Source: a virus
Direction: 5' to 3' (one strand)
Virus genome (UHGV): UHGV-0200554
DNA length: 64,000 nucleotides
The position numbers and the translations under genes are program-made. Shown here piece after piece: positions 36,584-44,630 of the stretch. Positions within the stretch are counted from its first letter, which is position 1. The number at the start of each line of letters is the position of its first letter. The notes below the pieces were generated by a model. That model was not told where the DNA came from, did not search any database, and worked only from the letters and a program-made list of their open reading frames with translations.

Positions 36584-36922
36584 ATGAACGCTAACATTGA
36601 ACTGATTGCACGTCGTGCCGCCCTGGTTGCAGCTATCGAACAATTGAACAATAAAATTGAAAACTTTGAAATTGATCCAGATGACTACGAAAACGACTAC
36701 GATGATTTACTAGACGAAGGCGGTGCGGTAGTGGTAGGCGGTTGCGAATTTCTCCCGTCTAGAATCCTCCGCGAACTGGATCCGATTGCTTATCGTTGCG
36801 GCCTGAATGATTATATAGACAACATTGATGTAAGCGATGACGCAAACTATTGTGATTTGTGTGACGATCTGGCTGACCTTGAGGCAGAACTAGGGGAAGT
36901 CGAGGAAGCGCTACGTAACTAA
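36584..36922 (+). CDS. highly acidic small protein (DNA-mimic candidate)
   Basis: ORF track; 112 aa very rich in Asp/Glu (DPDDYENDYDDLLDE..., DVSDDANYCDLCDDLADLEAELGEVEE). Confidence 0.55.
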   Translation: MNANIELIARRAALVAAIEQLNNKIENFEIDPDDYENDYDDLLDEGGAVVVGGCEFLPSRILRELDPIAYRCGLNDYIDNIDVSDDANYCDLCDDLADLEAELGEVEEALRN

Positions 36923-36933
36923 GTTGCCTTTTA

Positions 36934-36957
36934 GATGGCCTCCCTGGCGGGGCCATC
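36934..36957 (+). repeat. intergenic palindromic element (TTTTAGATGGCC...GGCCATC family)
   Basis: GATGGCC-TCCCTGGCGG-GGCCATC preceded by GCCTTTTA, followed by CATAAAG. Confidence 0.5.
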
Positions 36958-37001
36958 CATAAAGATAATTTAGTGTAACCACAATAAAAAGGAGTTACGC
37001 A

Positions 37002-37250
37002 ATGGCAAAATTAATTAACTTTGCAGCGGTGGACCTGGTAAAAGCTGATTGGTATTATAGCAATGGTCGCGCCGTTTGGTGGCGTGAAGGGGGTGCCGAG
37101 GGCAAAGTAAAAGCGCGTATGATTAAAGGTTACCATTTAGATCGCCCTGTAATTCGTATCAATGGGAAGCTGGTCGCTTTCATGCATATCAAAGCGGTTG
37201 ACGATATTGAAAAAATTTTGAACGTCAACTATTTTAAAATGTTAGGGTGA
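37002..37250 (+). CDS. hypothetical protein
   Basis: ORF track; AAGGAG RBS. Confidence 0.5.
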   Translation: MAKLINFAAVDLVKADWYYSNGRAVWWREGGAEGKVKARMIKGYHLDRPVIRINGKLVAFMHIKAVDDIEKILNVNYFKMLG

Positions 37251-37339
37251 CATGCCAGGCGGGGGCCGTTAGTCCGGCCCCCTCTATCCAACCAGGAGGA
37301 GGTGACACTATGCCCAGTTAACAACAGAGAGGAAAATAT

Positions 37340-37678
37340 ATGGACCTCATGACGTGCATACTCGCATTTATTGCAATAGGTGTAGTCTGGAACAAAGTAA
37401 AAAACCAGAGTTATTACGCCAGATGCCAGGCTTTTCGGGTGAATCCGTGGGATATTGATCCGGGTGCTGATTATGTTATCAAGTACCAGGACCGACACGG
37501 CAAACAATATGTAACGCCGTCGCCGATACCGGCCTATTGCTTGCTGGAATACACAGACAAGATAAAACAGGCAGGTTTTTTAATTGTTGACCTGTGGGGC
37601 CGCCACGGTGACGCGAAAAAATTTATTAAAGCAGTGGCTGCAAATATTGCAGCACAAGAAAACGACGATGAAGAGTAA
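37340..37678 (+). CDS. hypothetical protein with N-terminal hydrophobic segment
   Basis: ORF track; GAGAGGAAAATATATG. Confidence 0.5.
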   Translation: MDLMTCILAFIAIGVVWNKVKNQSYYARCQAFRVNPWDIDPGADYVIKYQDRHGKQYVTPSPIPAYCLLEYTDKIKQAGFLIVDLWGRHGDAKKFIKAVAANIAAQENDDEE

Positions 37679-37692
37679 CAGGAGCGCCGATT

Positions 37693-37914
37693 ATGAACAT
37701 GGTAAACTTTGAAAAAATTACTAAGCGCAATCATTTATCTGACGAACTACCGGAACGCCGCCAGCGTAACAACAAGCTGAATAAACCGCGTCGATTTGGT
37801 AAACTGTGGCGCAACTATTACGACCGTAATTTACGCCGCCTGTTACTTGAACGTGAACGCCAACAAATGAGATACGCAGCACGGCGGGAACGGATGAAAG
37901 CAGACGAAATTTAA
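37693..37914 (+). CDS. Arg-rich basic small protein
   Basis: ORF track; RRQRNNKLNKPRR...RRERMK. Confidence 0.5.
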   Translation: MNMVNFEKITKRNHLSDELPERRQRNNKLNKPRRFGKLWRNYYDRNLRRLLLERERQQMRYAARRERMKADEI

Positions 37915-37930
37915 CCGATAGGCCCCCAGG

Positions 37931-37954
37931 TGGGGGCCTTTCTTCATTTGTAAC
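37931..37954 (+). terminator. rho-independent terminator
   Basis: GGCCCCCA-GG-TGGGGGCC hairpin then TTTCTT. Confidence 0.6.
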
Positions 37955-38154
37955 ATAGCGCAATCAATTTTAAGGCCCTTAAAACGCCCTACAACGCAAA
38001 GAAGCCTAAAGGTGAACAATTGCATTACCCGCCCCCAATTAGTAATTTGTGATCAAGATCTCACAAAAATTAATAGGTAAAAACCTTATTTACTTCTTAT
38101 AGGATCTGCATACCATTTTAATTGAAAGAAGAAACACAGCAGGAGGAAAATAAA

Positions 38155-38364
38155 ATGGTCTACTGTGATTATGCCAATGATGCACTGGGCCGCTATGAGA
38201 AAGGCCGTTATTATGACCTGAGCGAAATAATTGATAACGAGGATTATTACATCGATAAGAATGATGATCATCTAGTCGTTATCCATCGCGTAGTCGATCC
38301 GATGTGCTTCGTGGACGTTAGCCCGATTGTGGCACGCTTTGAAATTATGGTATTGGAGGCTTGA
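38155..38364 (+). CDS. hypothetical acidic protein
   Basis: ORF track trimmed to ATG 38155 (CAGGAGGAAAATAAAATG). Confidence 0.5.
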   Translation: MVYCDYANDALGRYEKGRYYDLSEIIDNEDYYIDKNDDHLVVIHRVVDPMCFVDVSPIVARFEIMVLEA

Positions 38365-38366
38365 TT

Positions 38367-38468
38367 ATGTTACTTGAAATGCTGATGAATCCGATTATTT
38401 CTATGGGCCTGATCTTTGTAGTTGTCTGCCTGGTTGTTGGTTTTATCTTGAGCAATATGCGGAAGTAA
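38367..38468 (+). CDS. small membrane peptide (33 aa)
   Basis: Not in ORF track; hydrophobic; TGATTATG coupling; hand translated. Confidence 0.35.
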   Translation: MLLEMLMNPIISMGLIFVVVCLVVGFILSNMRK

Positions 38469-38495
38469 AAATTTTTAAAAAGCTATGAAAAAGTG

Positions 38496-38526
38496 TTGAC
38501 ACGGCCCCCCGGTTTGGTATTCTATA
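38496..38526 (+). promoter_or_regulatory. sigma70-like promoter with conserved GTATTCTATAGCTGAA start region
   Basis: TTGACA 38496-38501, 17-bp spacer, ATTCTA; paralogous to 32860 element; followed by about 250-nt purine-rich leader. Confidence 0.5.
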
Positions 38527-38777
38527 GCTGAAAGGAAAAGAAAGGGAACAAGAAGGAAAGTTCCGGGAGCGGGAAAAGAAGGGTAAGGGAAAAGCCTTGA
38601 AGCATAGCTAACCGAAGGACCGAGGGAGCCGGGAGCGGCCCTAAAAGATACTCAAAGAAGTAAAAAGAAGTTGACAAGGTAACACAAAGCAGTAAAATAA
38701 AGTTGAAAGGGAAGGATGCAGGGAGCAACAAGGACCGGATAAACCGGGGGGAGCTGAAAGAAAACGAGGAAAATAAA

Positions 38778-38864
38778 ATGAAAGACTACTACAAAGCAAA
38801 CGAATATGAAAGGGTAGCAGATTTCATTAAAGAAATGTTAAAAGGTCTGAATAATAAAAAATGA
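38778..38864 (+). CDS. tiny ORF (28 aa)
   Basis: GAGGAAAATAAAATG module; hand translated; coding status uncertain. Confidence 0.3.
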   Translation: MKDYYKANEYERVADFIKEMLKGLNNKK

Positions 38865-38872
38865 GGTGGGGT

Positions 38873-38986
38873 ATGAAAAACAAGCAAGAAAGGCCCGAAG
38901 ATGACAAATTTACATGGCGTGAGCTTTTAAACATCTGGTACATCATTTACGGGCAACATTATAAACACAGAGGAGGGAGGTTATAA
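38873..38986 (+). CDS. tiny ORF (37 aa)
   Basis: RBS GAGGTGGGG; followed by GGAGGGAGG-TTATAAA-CCTCCCACC hairpin; coding status uncertain. Confidence 0.3.
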   Translation: MKNKQERPEDDKFTWRELLNIWYIIYGQHYKHRGGRL

Positions 38987-39033
38987 ACCTCCCACCACAA
39001 AGAAAGAAACAACAACCAAGCGAGGAAAATAAA

Positions 39034-39261
39034 ATGAGCAACGTTATCAAGTTCCCCATGAATCGTGTAAAACCATCTAAAGGTGTGGTTAATTTCGATA
39101 ATAAGGTTTACCGCATGGCCTGGATCGTTAGAAACAGCGACAATAAGGGCGATATCTGGGTAGAGGCATTCAGGCGGGAGGTTGATGCTATTTTTTCAAG
39201 AAGTGTAAGGGGAGGCCGGATCATTAGAGGATTTTTCAAAGCGGCACCGGAAGAGGTTTAA
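39034..39261 (+). CDS. hypothetical protein
   Basis: ORF track; GCGAGGAAAATAAAATG module. Confidence 0.5.
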   Translation: MSNVIKFPMNRVKPSKGVVNFDNKVYRMAWIVRNSDNKGDIWVEAFRREVDAIFSRSVRGGRIIRGFFKAAPEEV

Positions 39262-39266
39262 AAAGG

Positions 39267-39300
39267 TTGACAAATCATAAAAAACAAGTAGACTGATAAT
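39267..39300 (+). promoter_or_regulatory. sigma70-like promoter (spacer ambiguous)
   Basis: AAAAAGGTTGACA; GATAAT -10 candidate; CGAAAGCAGTA downstream. Confidence 0.4.
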
Positions 39301-39336
39301 CGAAAGCAGTAAACAATTTAAAAGGAGAACATAATC

Positions 39337-39531
39337 ATGAAACACATCAACATCGTAAACCTGAAAAAAGTTTGCAAAATTGCAATTTTTGTGGAAGGTG
39401 TCGAGGCTTATCGTTGCGACTACGAAGATTATAAAGATGCGTTAGCTTTCCTCCTGGACGTGGCACACCACAACAATCTAGACTATGAAGCCATCGAGGC
39501 AGCCGAAAAAGTTATGGCAATTGCCGCATGA
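39337..39531 (+). CDS. hypothetical protein
   Basis: ORF track; AAGGAGAACATAATCATG. Confidence 0.5.
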   Translation: MKHINIVNLKKVCKIAIFVEGVEAYRCDYEDYKDALAFLLDVAHHNNLDYEAIEAAEKVMAIAA

Positions 39532-39542
39532 GTTAGCTTTTA

Positions 39543-39569
39543 GATGGTCCACGATGCGAAAGTGGATCA
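39543..39569 (+). repeat. intergenic palindromic element (TTTTAGATGG...CATCAATAAAG family)
   Basis: ATGGTCCAC-GATGCGAAA-GTGGATCAT preceded by GCTTTTAG. Confidence 0.45.
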
Positions 39570-39612
39570 TCAATAAAGAAAACTCAACCACGAAGCAAGA
39601 AGGAGAAACATC

Positions 39613-39843
39613 ATGGACCTTATGACAGCTGTTGCAACATACGACTATAAAAACTTTTTTGATGTAGTCATGATTAAAAAACCAGCTAACGCCCGGATGC
39701 CTGCAAATGGTTACGGTAAAAAATTACCGACTAACTGGATGATCAATTTCGAGGGCCGTATGCGCCGCGTCTATGTTGATATCTGTGGCAATTCTGGACA
39801 CAGGTACATCATGGTTAAAGGCCGTAAATTTACTATCATGTAA
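39613..39843 (+). CDS. hypothetical protein
   Basis: ORF track; AGGAGAAACATCATG. Confidence 0.5.
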   Translation: MDLMTAVATYDYKNFFDVVMIKKPANARMPANGYGKKLPTNWMINFEGRMRRVYVDICGNSGHRYIMVKGRKFTIM

Positions 39844-39904
39844 CACGATTTCAACCAGGGCCGGAAGTCCGGCCCTATCATCAACCAACAAAGGGGATCA
39901 AAAA

Positions 39905-40024
39905 ATGAAAGACAAGCCTCGACCTTGCAGCGATACAATTTACCATCTGATAGCATGGTGTGAGATCCTGGCAATTGAAGCCCTTATGGGTGTTGGCATT
40001 TACTTTATAGCGATCTATAATTAA
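39905..40024 (+). CDS. small membrane peptide (39 aa)
   Basis: ORF track 39773..40024 trimmed to ATG 39905 (AAAGGGGA RBS). Confidence 0.35.
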   Translation: MKDKPRPCSDTIYHLIAWCEILAIEALMGVGIYFIAIYN

Positions 40025-40057
40025 CGCGAAAGGAAATAGCCATGAGGAATAAAAGCA

Positions 40058-40414
40058 ATGAGAATCATCGACCTGTTAAACCGTATGCCGGACGTCAACG
40101 AGATGGCCCCCGATATGAACGAAATTGATCGAGAAGCTGCCGAAAAAGCGGCCCGTAAAATTAAATGCCGTGGGGCCGCTATCGGTGCGGTGCTTTTTGG
40201 CCTTGCTTATGCTCATATTGATTTGGTCCATAACATTTTCCACAATGCACCGATCAAAATCGTGTTAGCCTGGATTGTCTGCTACGTGTGCGGTGAGTAC
40301 ATTTACCCGGTTGCCAAAAAATTGGCCCCGTGGGCCGTCCTGGGTGCGGTGATCTATTATGTTGCGCCTGTGATTATTGCAATCGTAAAACATTACACAG
40401 CGCAACAAATGTAA
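40058..40414 (+). CDS. membrane protein
   Basis: ORF track; multiple hydrophobic helices. Confidence 0.5.
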   Translation: MRIIDLLNRMPDVNEMAPDMNEIDREAAEKAARKIKCRGAAIGAVLFGLAYAHIDLVHNIFHNAPIKIVLAWIVCYVCGEYIYPVAKKLAPWAVLGAVIYYVAPVIIAIVKHYTAQQM

Positions 40415-40425
40415 GAGATTCTAAG

Positions 40426-40449
40426 GGCCGCAAATAAGCGGCCTTTTTT
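40426..40449 (+). terminator. rho-independent terminator (GGCCGCAAATAAGCGGCC + T6)
   Basis: Perfect 6-bp stem, AAATAA loop, TTTTTT; identical hairpin recurs at 43944. Confidence 0.75.
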
Positions 40450-40753
40450 ATGGCCCCGCCTCCTGTGTTTAAAATCCTTCCTGTAAGCCCCGCCATTGAG
40501 ATTTACCCGCAAGATAAGCAAGTGTAAAGCCCCACCATTCCAGGCCGTTGCAGGCCCTGCCAGGTGCCTAAAAATCGATTTATACGCTTCCACTATTGCC
40601 AACCTTCAAAGCGATCCAGACTTAAAAGTGTTGCCCCTGCAAAATGAGAATAGTTATCATCTTATAAATTTTTCTTGCAATGTGGTCTGTTGTGTGTATA
40701 CTTATTCTTGAAAGGGGAATACCTCCCCCACCAACAACAAAGGAGTTAAAATT

Positions 40754-41035
40754 ATGTTCCCTAACCTATTCCCTGGTGCGGTTATCAATTTTGAAGCCCG
40801 TTATTTGCAAGCTGGTATGATTATCATTCGAAATGATCGCCCATTGAAATTAACTAGGGTAGAATACAATGAAGGCCAGGCCCCTGGCGAGGAAACTGTA
40901 GACTACTTCTTCATGTATGCAGATGAGGATCCAAATGATAACACTGGCGAATGGTTTAACTTCTTCCTGCCGGACGAAATGATTAAAGTGCTTTATTATC
41001 CTGGTAACCGTTATCCGCTTCATGCGCTTTTCTAA
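40754..41035 (+). CDS. hypothetical protein
   Basis: ORF track; AAGGAG RBS. Confidence 0.5.
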   Translation: MFPNLFPGAVINFEARYLQAGMIIIRNDRPLKLTRVEYNEGQAPGEETVDYFFMYADEDPNDNTGEWFNFFLPDEMIKVLYYPGNRYPLHALF

Positions 41036-41130
41036 AAAAAATCTTCATAAAGGCTTGCAATGTGCAGGCCTTTTTCCTACTATAAAGGTGAAGAAAGAAG
41101 TAAGGCCAACAGTTAGAGGAGTAACAAATT

Positions 41131-41340
41131 ATGGGCATGGGAAGAGATAAACGTAAAGCGGCGAAAGCAAGAAAAGCGGCAGCAAAGGCCGCACCTGTTA
41201 AAGCTGTACCGTACCACGTCAATATAAACAACCTGGAAGTAATGAACAATCCGGCCCCTATGGAAGAATTTAACGATGCGGATTGGAGGGCGGTAGCAAG
41301 AATGGTTATCCGGCTTGAACGCCTTGCCAGGGAAGAGTAA
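41131..41340 (+). CDS. Lys/Ala-rich basic small protein
   Basis: ORF track; AGAGGAG RBS. Confidence 0.5.
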   Translation: MGMGRDKRKAAKARKAAAKAAPVKAVPYHVNINNLEVMNNPAPMEEFNDADWRAVARMVIRLERLAREE

Positions 41341-41361
41341 AAAAGTTAGAAAAAAAAACGG

Positions 41362-41389
41362 TTGACACAGAATAGAGAAGGCCTATAAT
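41362..41389 (+). promoter_or_regulatory. sigma70-like promoter TTGACA-16-TATAAT with A-tract UP element
   Basis: AAAAAAAAACGGTTGACA; TATAAT 41384-41389; GAAAGAAGTAATTAG downstream. Confidence 0.6.
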
Positions 41390-41439
41390 TAAAGTGAAAG
41401 AAGTAATTAGAAACAACAAAATAAGAAGAGGTAAGTATC

Positions 41440-41706
41440 ATGAAAATGGTAGACGTTAAAGGCATCAAGAACGTTAAAATGCAAAAAAATACTCCCGCAA
41501 ACGTTCTTAAAAAAGCCCTGAGCATCCTAGAAGCACACAACGCAAAAACGGTGCATCCTGTTAAATTAAATTGCGGTTATGGCTATAAATACAATATTAA
41601 TAAAGACTGGAGGCTGTTAAACCGTGATGGCGAATTTAAAGATTGGTTAATTGTTGAGCACTTGGAGTATAATCGTCTGGTTGGCGTAAAAGGCGCTCAT
41701 AAATAA
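41440..41706 (+). CDS. hypothetical basic protein
   Basis: ORF track. Confidence 0.5.
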   Translation: MKMVDVKGIKNVKMQKNTPANVLKKALSILEAHNAKTVHPVKLNCGYGYKYNINKDWRLLNRDGEFKDWLIVEHLEYNRLVGVKGAHK

Positions 41707-41751
41707 CGCCAGAACATGAAAACACAGCATAAAACACTAAGAGGGAACGCC

Positions 41752-41931
41752 ATGATTAGAGAATCCCAAATACTTTACGAAAATGGCAACTACTGGATCC
41801 TTGAGGCTAAACCGGGGGTTTACCAGGTGATGGTAAAAGGTTTAACGCATTCGACTTGCGATAGCGCCTACGCAGATTTTGATCTAGCATTGGCCCGGTG
41901 TGAGTACCTGGCACGAAGAGAAAACGCATAA
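41752..41931 (+). CDS. hypothetical protein
   Basis: ORF track 41716..41931 trimmed to ATG 41752 (AGAGGGAA RBS). Confidence 0.45.
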   Translation: MIRESQILYENGNYWILEAKPGVYQVMVKGLTHSTCDSAYADFDLALARCEYLARRENA

Positions 41932-41937
41932 AAGAAA

Positions 41938-41960
41938 GGCCCCACCCAGGGGCCTTAACT
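41938..41960 (+). terminator. terminator-like hairpin
   Basis: GGCCCC-ACCCA-GGGGCC then TTAACTTT. Confidence 0.45.
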
Positions 41961-41986
41961 TTATGAAAAAAAATCTGAAAAAATAG

Positions 41987-42015
41987 TTGACACCTTGCTG
42001 GGATAGTATATTATT
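41987..42015 (+). promoter_or_regulatory. sigma70-like promoter with A-tract UP element
   Basis: GAAAAAATAGTTGACA; TATATTATT -10 region; GAAAGCAGTA downstream. Confidence 0.5.
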
Positions 42016-42057
42016 AAATTGAAAGCAGTACTAAACCACTTGAAAGAGGAAAAGATC

Positions 42058-42540
42058 ATGAAAGCGTTCAAATATGTTTTAGCGGCCCTGGCGATGGTTA
42101 TCGGTGTAAATGTGAATGCTGGCGGTTTTAGAGTCGAGGCCCCCGAGCATATCAATCCGGTTTATGTGAAAGAAATTTTAATGAATTGCGCCGGGGAAAT
42201 GGTTGCACCTGATGCGGTGTTTAATCCTGATGCACCGATCAACGTTAAAAAAGGTTGGCTGGCTAAAGCTGACAAAGAATGTAAAACATTGGTAAATAAT
42301 GTTATCGTTCACGCCCTGATTGTTGACCTGATTATCAAGAAAGGCCCTGAAAATATGAAGGGCATGGACGAAGAGGAGTTTAAAGAGTATTTCTATAACG
42401 AAGAAATGAAAGTGGAGAATTACCATTTTGATGAAAACGGTTATGAAGATGTTAAAGCTAACTTGAAAGATGTTTACAATCTTGCGCTTGAAAATCCTAA
42501 AGCCGCCCATGCTATCAAGGTGCGAATGATGGGAAAATAA
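42058..42540 (+). CDS. secreted/periplasmic protein (signal peptide)
   Basis: ATG 42058 with AGAGGAAAAG RBS; N-terminus MKAFKYVLAALAMVIGVNVNA-GG resembles a Sec signal peptide with AXA-like site. Confidence 0.55.
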   Translation: MKAFKYVLAALAMVIGVNVNAGGFRVEAPEHINPVYVKEILMNCAGEMVAPDAVFNPDAPINVKKGWLAKADKECKTLVNNVIVHALIVDLIIKKGPENMKGMDEEEFKEYFYNEEMKVENYHFDENGYEDVKANLKDVYNLALENPKAAHAIKVRMMGK

Positions 42541-42544
42541 AAGT

Positions 42545-42573
42545 ATTGACAAGCTGCCAGGTTGTTGTAAGAT
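42545..42573 (+). promoter_or_regulatory. sigma70-like promoter
   Basis: TTGACA 42545-42550; weak -10 TAAGAT. Confidence 0.4.
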
Positions 42574-42617
42574 GTAAATAAAAGAAGTACCACACCAAAT
42601 AAGAGGAGTACCAAATC

Positions 42618-42797
42618 ATGAAACGGAATATTAAAAAGGTCAACAACCTGGTAAATGTTGCAATGCGTGAACGTGAAAATGCTCTAGACCTTCTCCCCGA
42701 TGACGATATCGATGAGGAGGTGGCAGAAAAAGCCGTCTACCTGGCTAAAAACCTTGAGAATTTCGACATGCACGAACTGTTAAAAATGGCCCTGTAA
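42618..42797 (+). CDS. small acidic protein (59 aa)
   Basis: Not in ORF track; AAGAGGAG RBS; hand translated to TAA 42795-42797. Confidence 0.45.
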   Translation: MKRNIKKVNNLVNVAMRERENALDLLPDDDIDEEVAEKAVYLAKNLENFDMHELLKMAL

Positions 42798-42849
42798 GGC
42801 GGGGCCGATACCCCGCCAGCTATCCACCAAATCGAAAGGAGTGATTATT

Positions 42850-43146
42850 ATGTTTATCCCTGCAAACGGTTTATTCTTCTTTGACGGTATGATCGACAAT
42901 GCCGCCGTAATGGTCGAGATTGCCAACAAAAACGGCGGCCAGGTGATGGCATTCCGTGATGACCATGACCATGATCGATGGTTAGAGGTCGAGATCCAAA
43001 AAGTGGACGAAAAAAGCTATCTAGTGATCTACCGCCTCTTTGAAGACGGTCGCCAGGAGGCAGGGGATCAGGCCATCTTCCCGCGCTACATGGTCCAGGG
43101 TGCGATCATCGCTTTCGTGAACGATGTTTTCCCTGTTGAAGAATAA
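42850..43146 (+). CDS. hypothetical protein
   Basis: ORF track; ATG 42850 with AAAGGAG RBS. Confidence 0.5.
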   Translation: MFIPANGLFFFDGMIDNAAVMVEIANKNGGQVMAFRDDHDHDRWLEVEIQKVDEKSYLVIYRLFEDGRQEAGDQAIFPRYMVQGAIIAFVNDVFPVEE

Positions 43147-43353
43147 CCGACTATACTCGAAAGCTGAAAATCAAAAAATAGCCCATCTAATCGCCACACA
43201 GGCGGGATAAACCTGGGGAGGCCTTGCAAGTGCATAGCCTCCTTTTTCATGCCCTTAAAACGCTTCCTGTTGCGTTTCCTGCGATACGGTCCAGGCCGTG
43301 ACGGCGGTCCGGTCCGGTGTAGGGTGTTCAAATGTTGTAACTAAAAATAATCC

Positions 43354-43381
43354 TTGCACCGATTCACAAATAGGCTATAAT
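43354..43381 (+). promoter_or_regulatory. sigma70-like promoter TTGCAC-16-TATAAT
   Basis: TATAAT 43376-43381; GAAAGAGGTAATTAC downstream. Confidence 0.5.
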
Positions 43382-43425
43382 AAAAATGAAAGAGGTAATT
43401 ACCTCACATAATAAGGGGCAAAATC

Positions 43426-43683
43426 ATGAAAGGCTGGATTAAAAAGGTGACCGAAAAACGTTTTAACGCCATTTGGGATCTTATTGAAAAGGAAGAAGGT
43501 GCCTCAAGCCGCTACCTCAATAATCTTGAATTTCATTACGTGGAAGCGATGAATGCAGAACATGACCACAAAGGCGGCGCGGATGATTTTGCAAAAAGGT
43601 ACGGTTTTAATAATGCCAACGAGATGATCGAGGCGGTTGTACTCCAGGCAGAAGAAGACTACGCAGAAAGGGCGCTTGGTTAA
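43426..43683 (+). CDS. hypothetical protein
   Basis: ORF track. Confidence 0.5.
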   Translation: MKGWIKKVTEKRFNAIWDLIEKEEGASSRYLNNLEFHYVEAMNAEHDHKGGADDFAKRYGFNNANEMIEAVVLQAEEDYAERALG

Positions 43684-43726
43684 TACACGGGCCGAAAGGC
43701 CCACCACACAAAGAGGAGTAAAAATT

Positions 43727-43921
43727 ATGGCACTTAAAAAATTAACTGAAAAAACTCGTTGGGATATGATCGACGGGGAAGTCTATATTTTCGCCCGTAA
43801 ACCTGGCGATCAAAAATGGGTAAAAGCGTTCACTTGTCACCCTGCTGTTATTGACCTCATTAAAAGTAAAGGCCTACGTGAAGCAGTGGCACGTAGTCTA
43901 TTAATCCCTTGCAAAGAATAA
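43727..43921 (+). CDS. hypothetical protein
   Basis: ORF track 43637..43921 trimmed to ATG 43727 (AAGAGGAG RBS). Confidence 0.5.
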   Translation: MALKKLTEKTRWDMIDGEVYIFARKPGDQKWVKAFTCHPAVIDLIKSKGLREAVARSLLIPCKE

Positions 43922-43943
43922 TATAACTGACGAAATAATAAGA

Positions 43944-43966
43944 GGCCGCAAATAAGCGGCCTTTTT
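43944..43966 (+). terminator. rho-independent terminator (GGCCGCAAATAAGCGGCC + T5), duplicate of 40426
   Basis: Identical 18-nt hairpin followed by TTTTT; last element of the small-gene array. Confidence 0.75.
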
Positions 43967-44630
43967 GTTGTCTGTAGTATAGTGAATCCGGTATTCAAAA
44001 CAGCGGATCATTCCGCGAACGCTATGCGTGATGTGTGCATAAAATAAAATGCCTATAAATTAACCACACCACAAAAAAGCTGTATGTGCATACATAGTTT
44101 TTAAGTTTTTTCAGTTTTCAGCTGTCAAATGTGGGGCATTTTGTGAAGTATCTCACACTTTTCGGCTGATGCACATTTTATATAGCTATGTCAACAACTA
44201 TAAATCTTTATAAAACAGTAAGTTACAAAGTCCATTTTTTGAAAAATCGGGTATAACTATAGGCGCGAAATTCTATTTTTCACGTAGCGTCACGATAAGA
44301 TGTATCTGATAGGTATGTTTTAATTATGCAATATTAATGCATAACCAACATGTGATAAATATTCTCAACAACCCGGCAGATGTATTAAATATGGTGACTA
44401 TTCCACCCCACATTATTTCAGACGGCAACTATTCCGATGTGTGATTAATATACTTTCAGGCGGTGATTATTCTGTATCTCAATAATCTATATAATATAAT
44501 ATTAGTAATATAATTAGATTATGAGATACAAGAAAACATCTAAAATAGTAAAATTACAATTAATGAAAATATATAAATTGCATAAAATAAAATAAGACAA
44601 ATAACAATTTGCGAATGCAATGATCACAAT

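Noticed and set aside
32860-43970. Central island as an engineered or synthetic insert
   Set aside because: Considered because of modular promoter-RBS-ORF-hairpin units, host-optimal codons and BamHI/XbaI sites. Not favoured: the regulatory parts are diverse and degenerate rather than standardised, and no vector or marker sequence was recognised. Cannot be excluded without database comparison.
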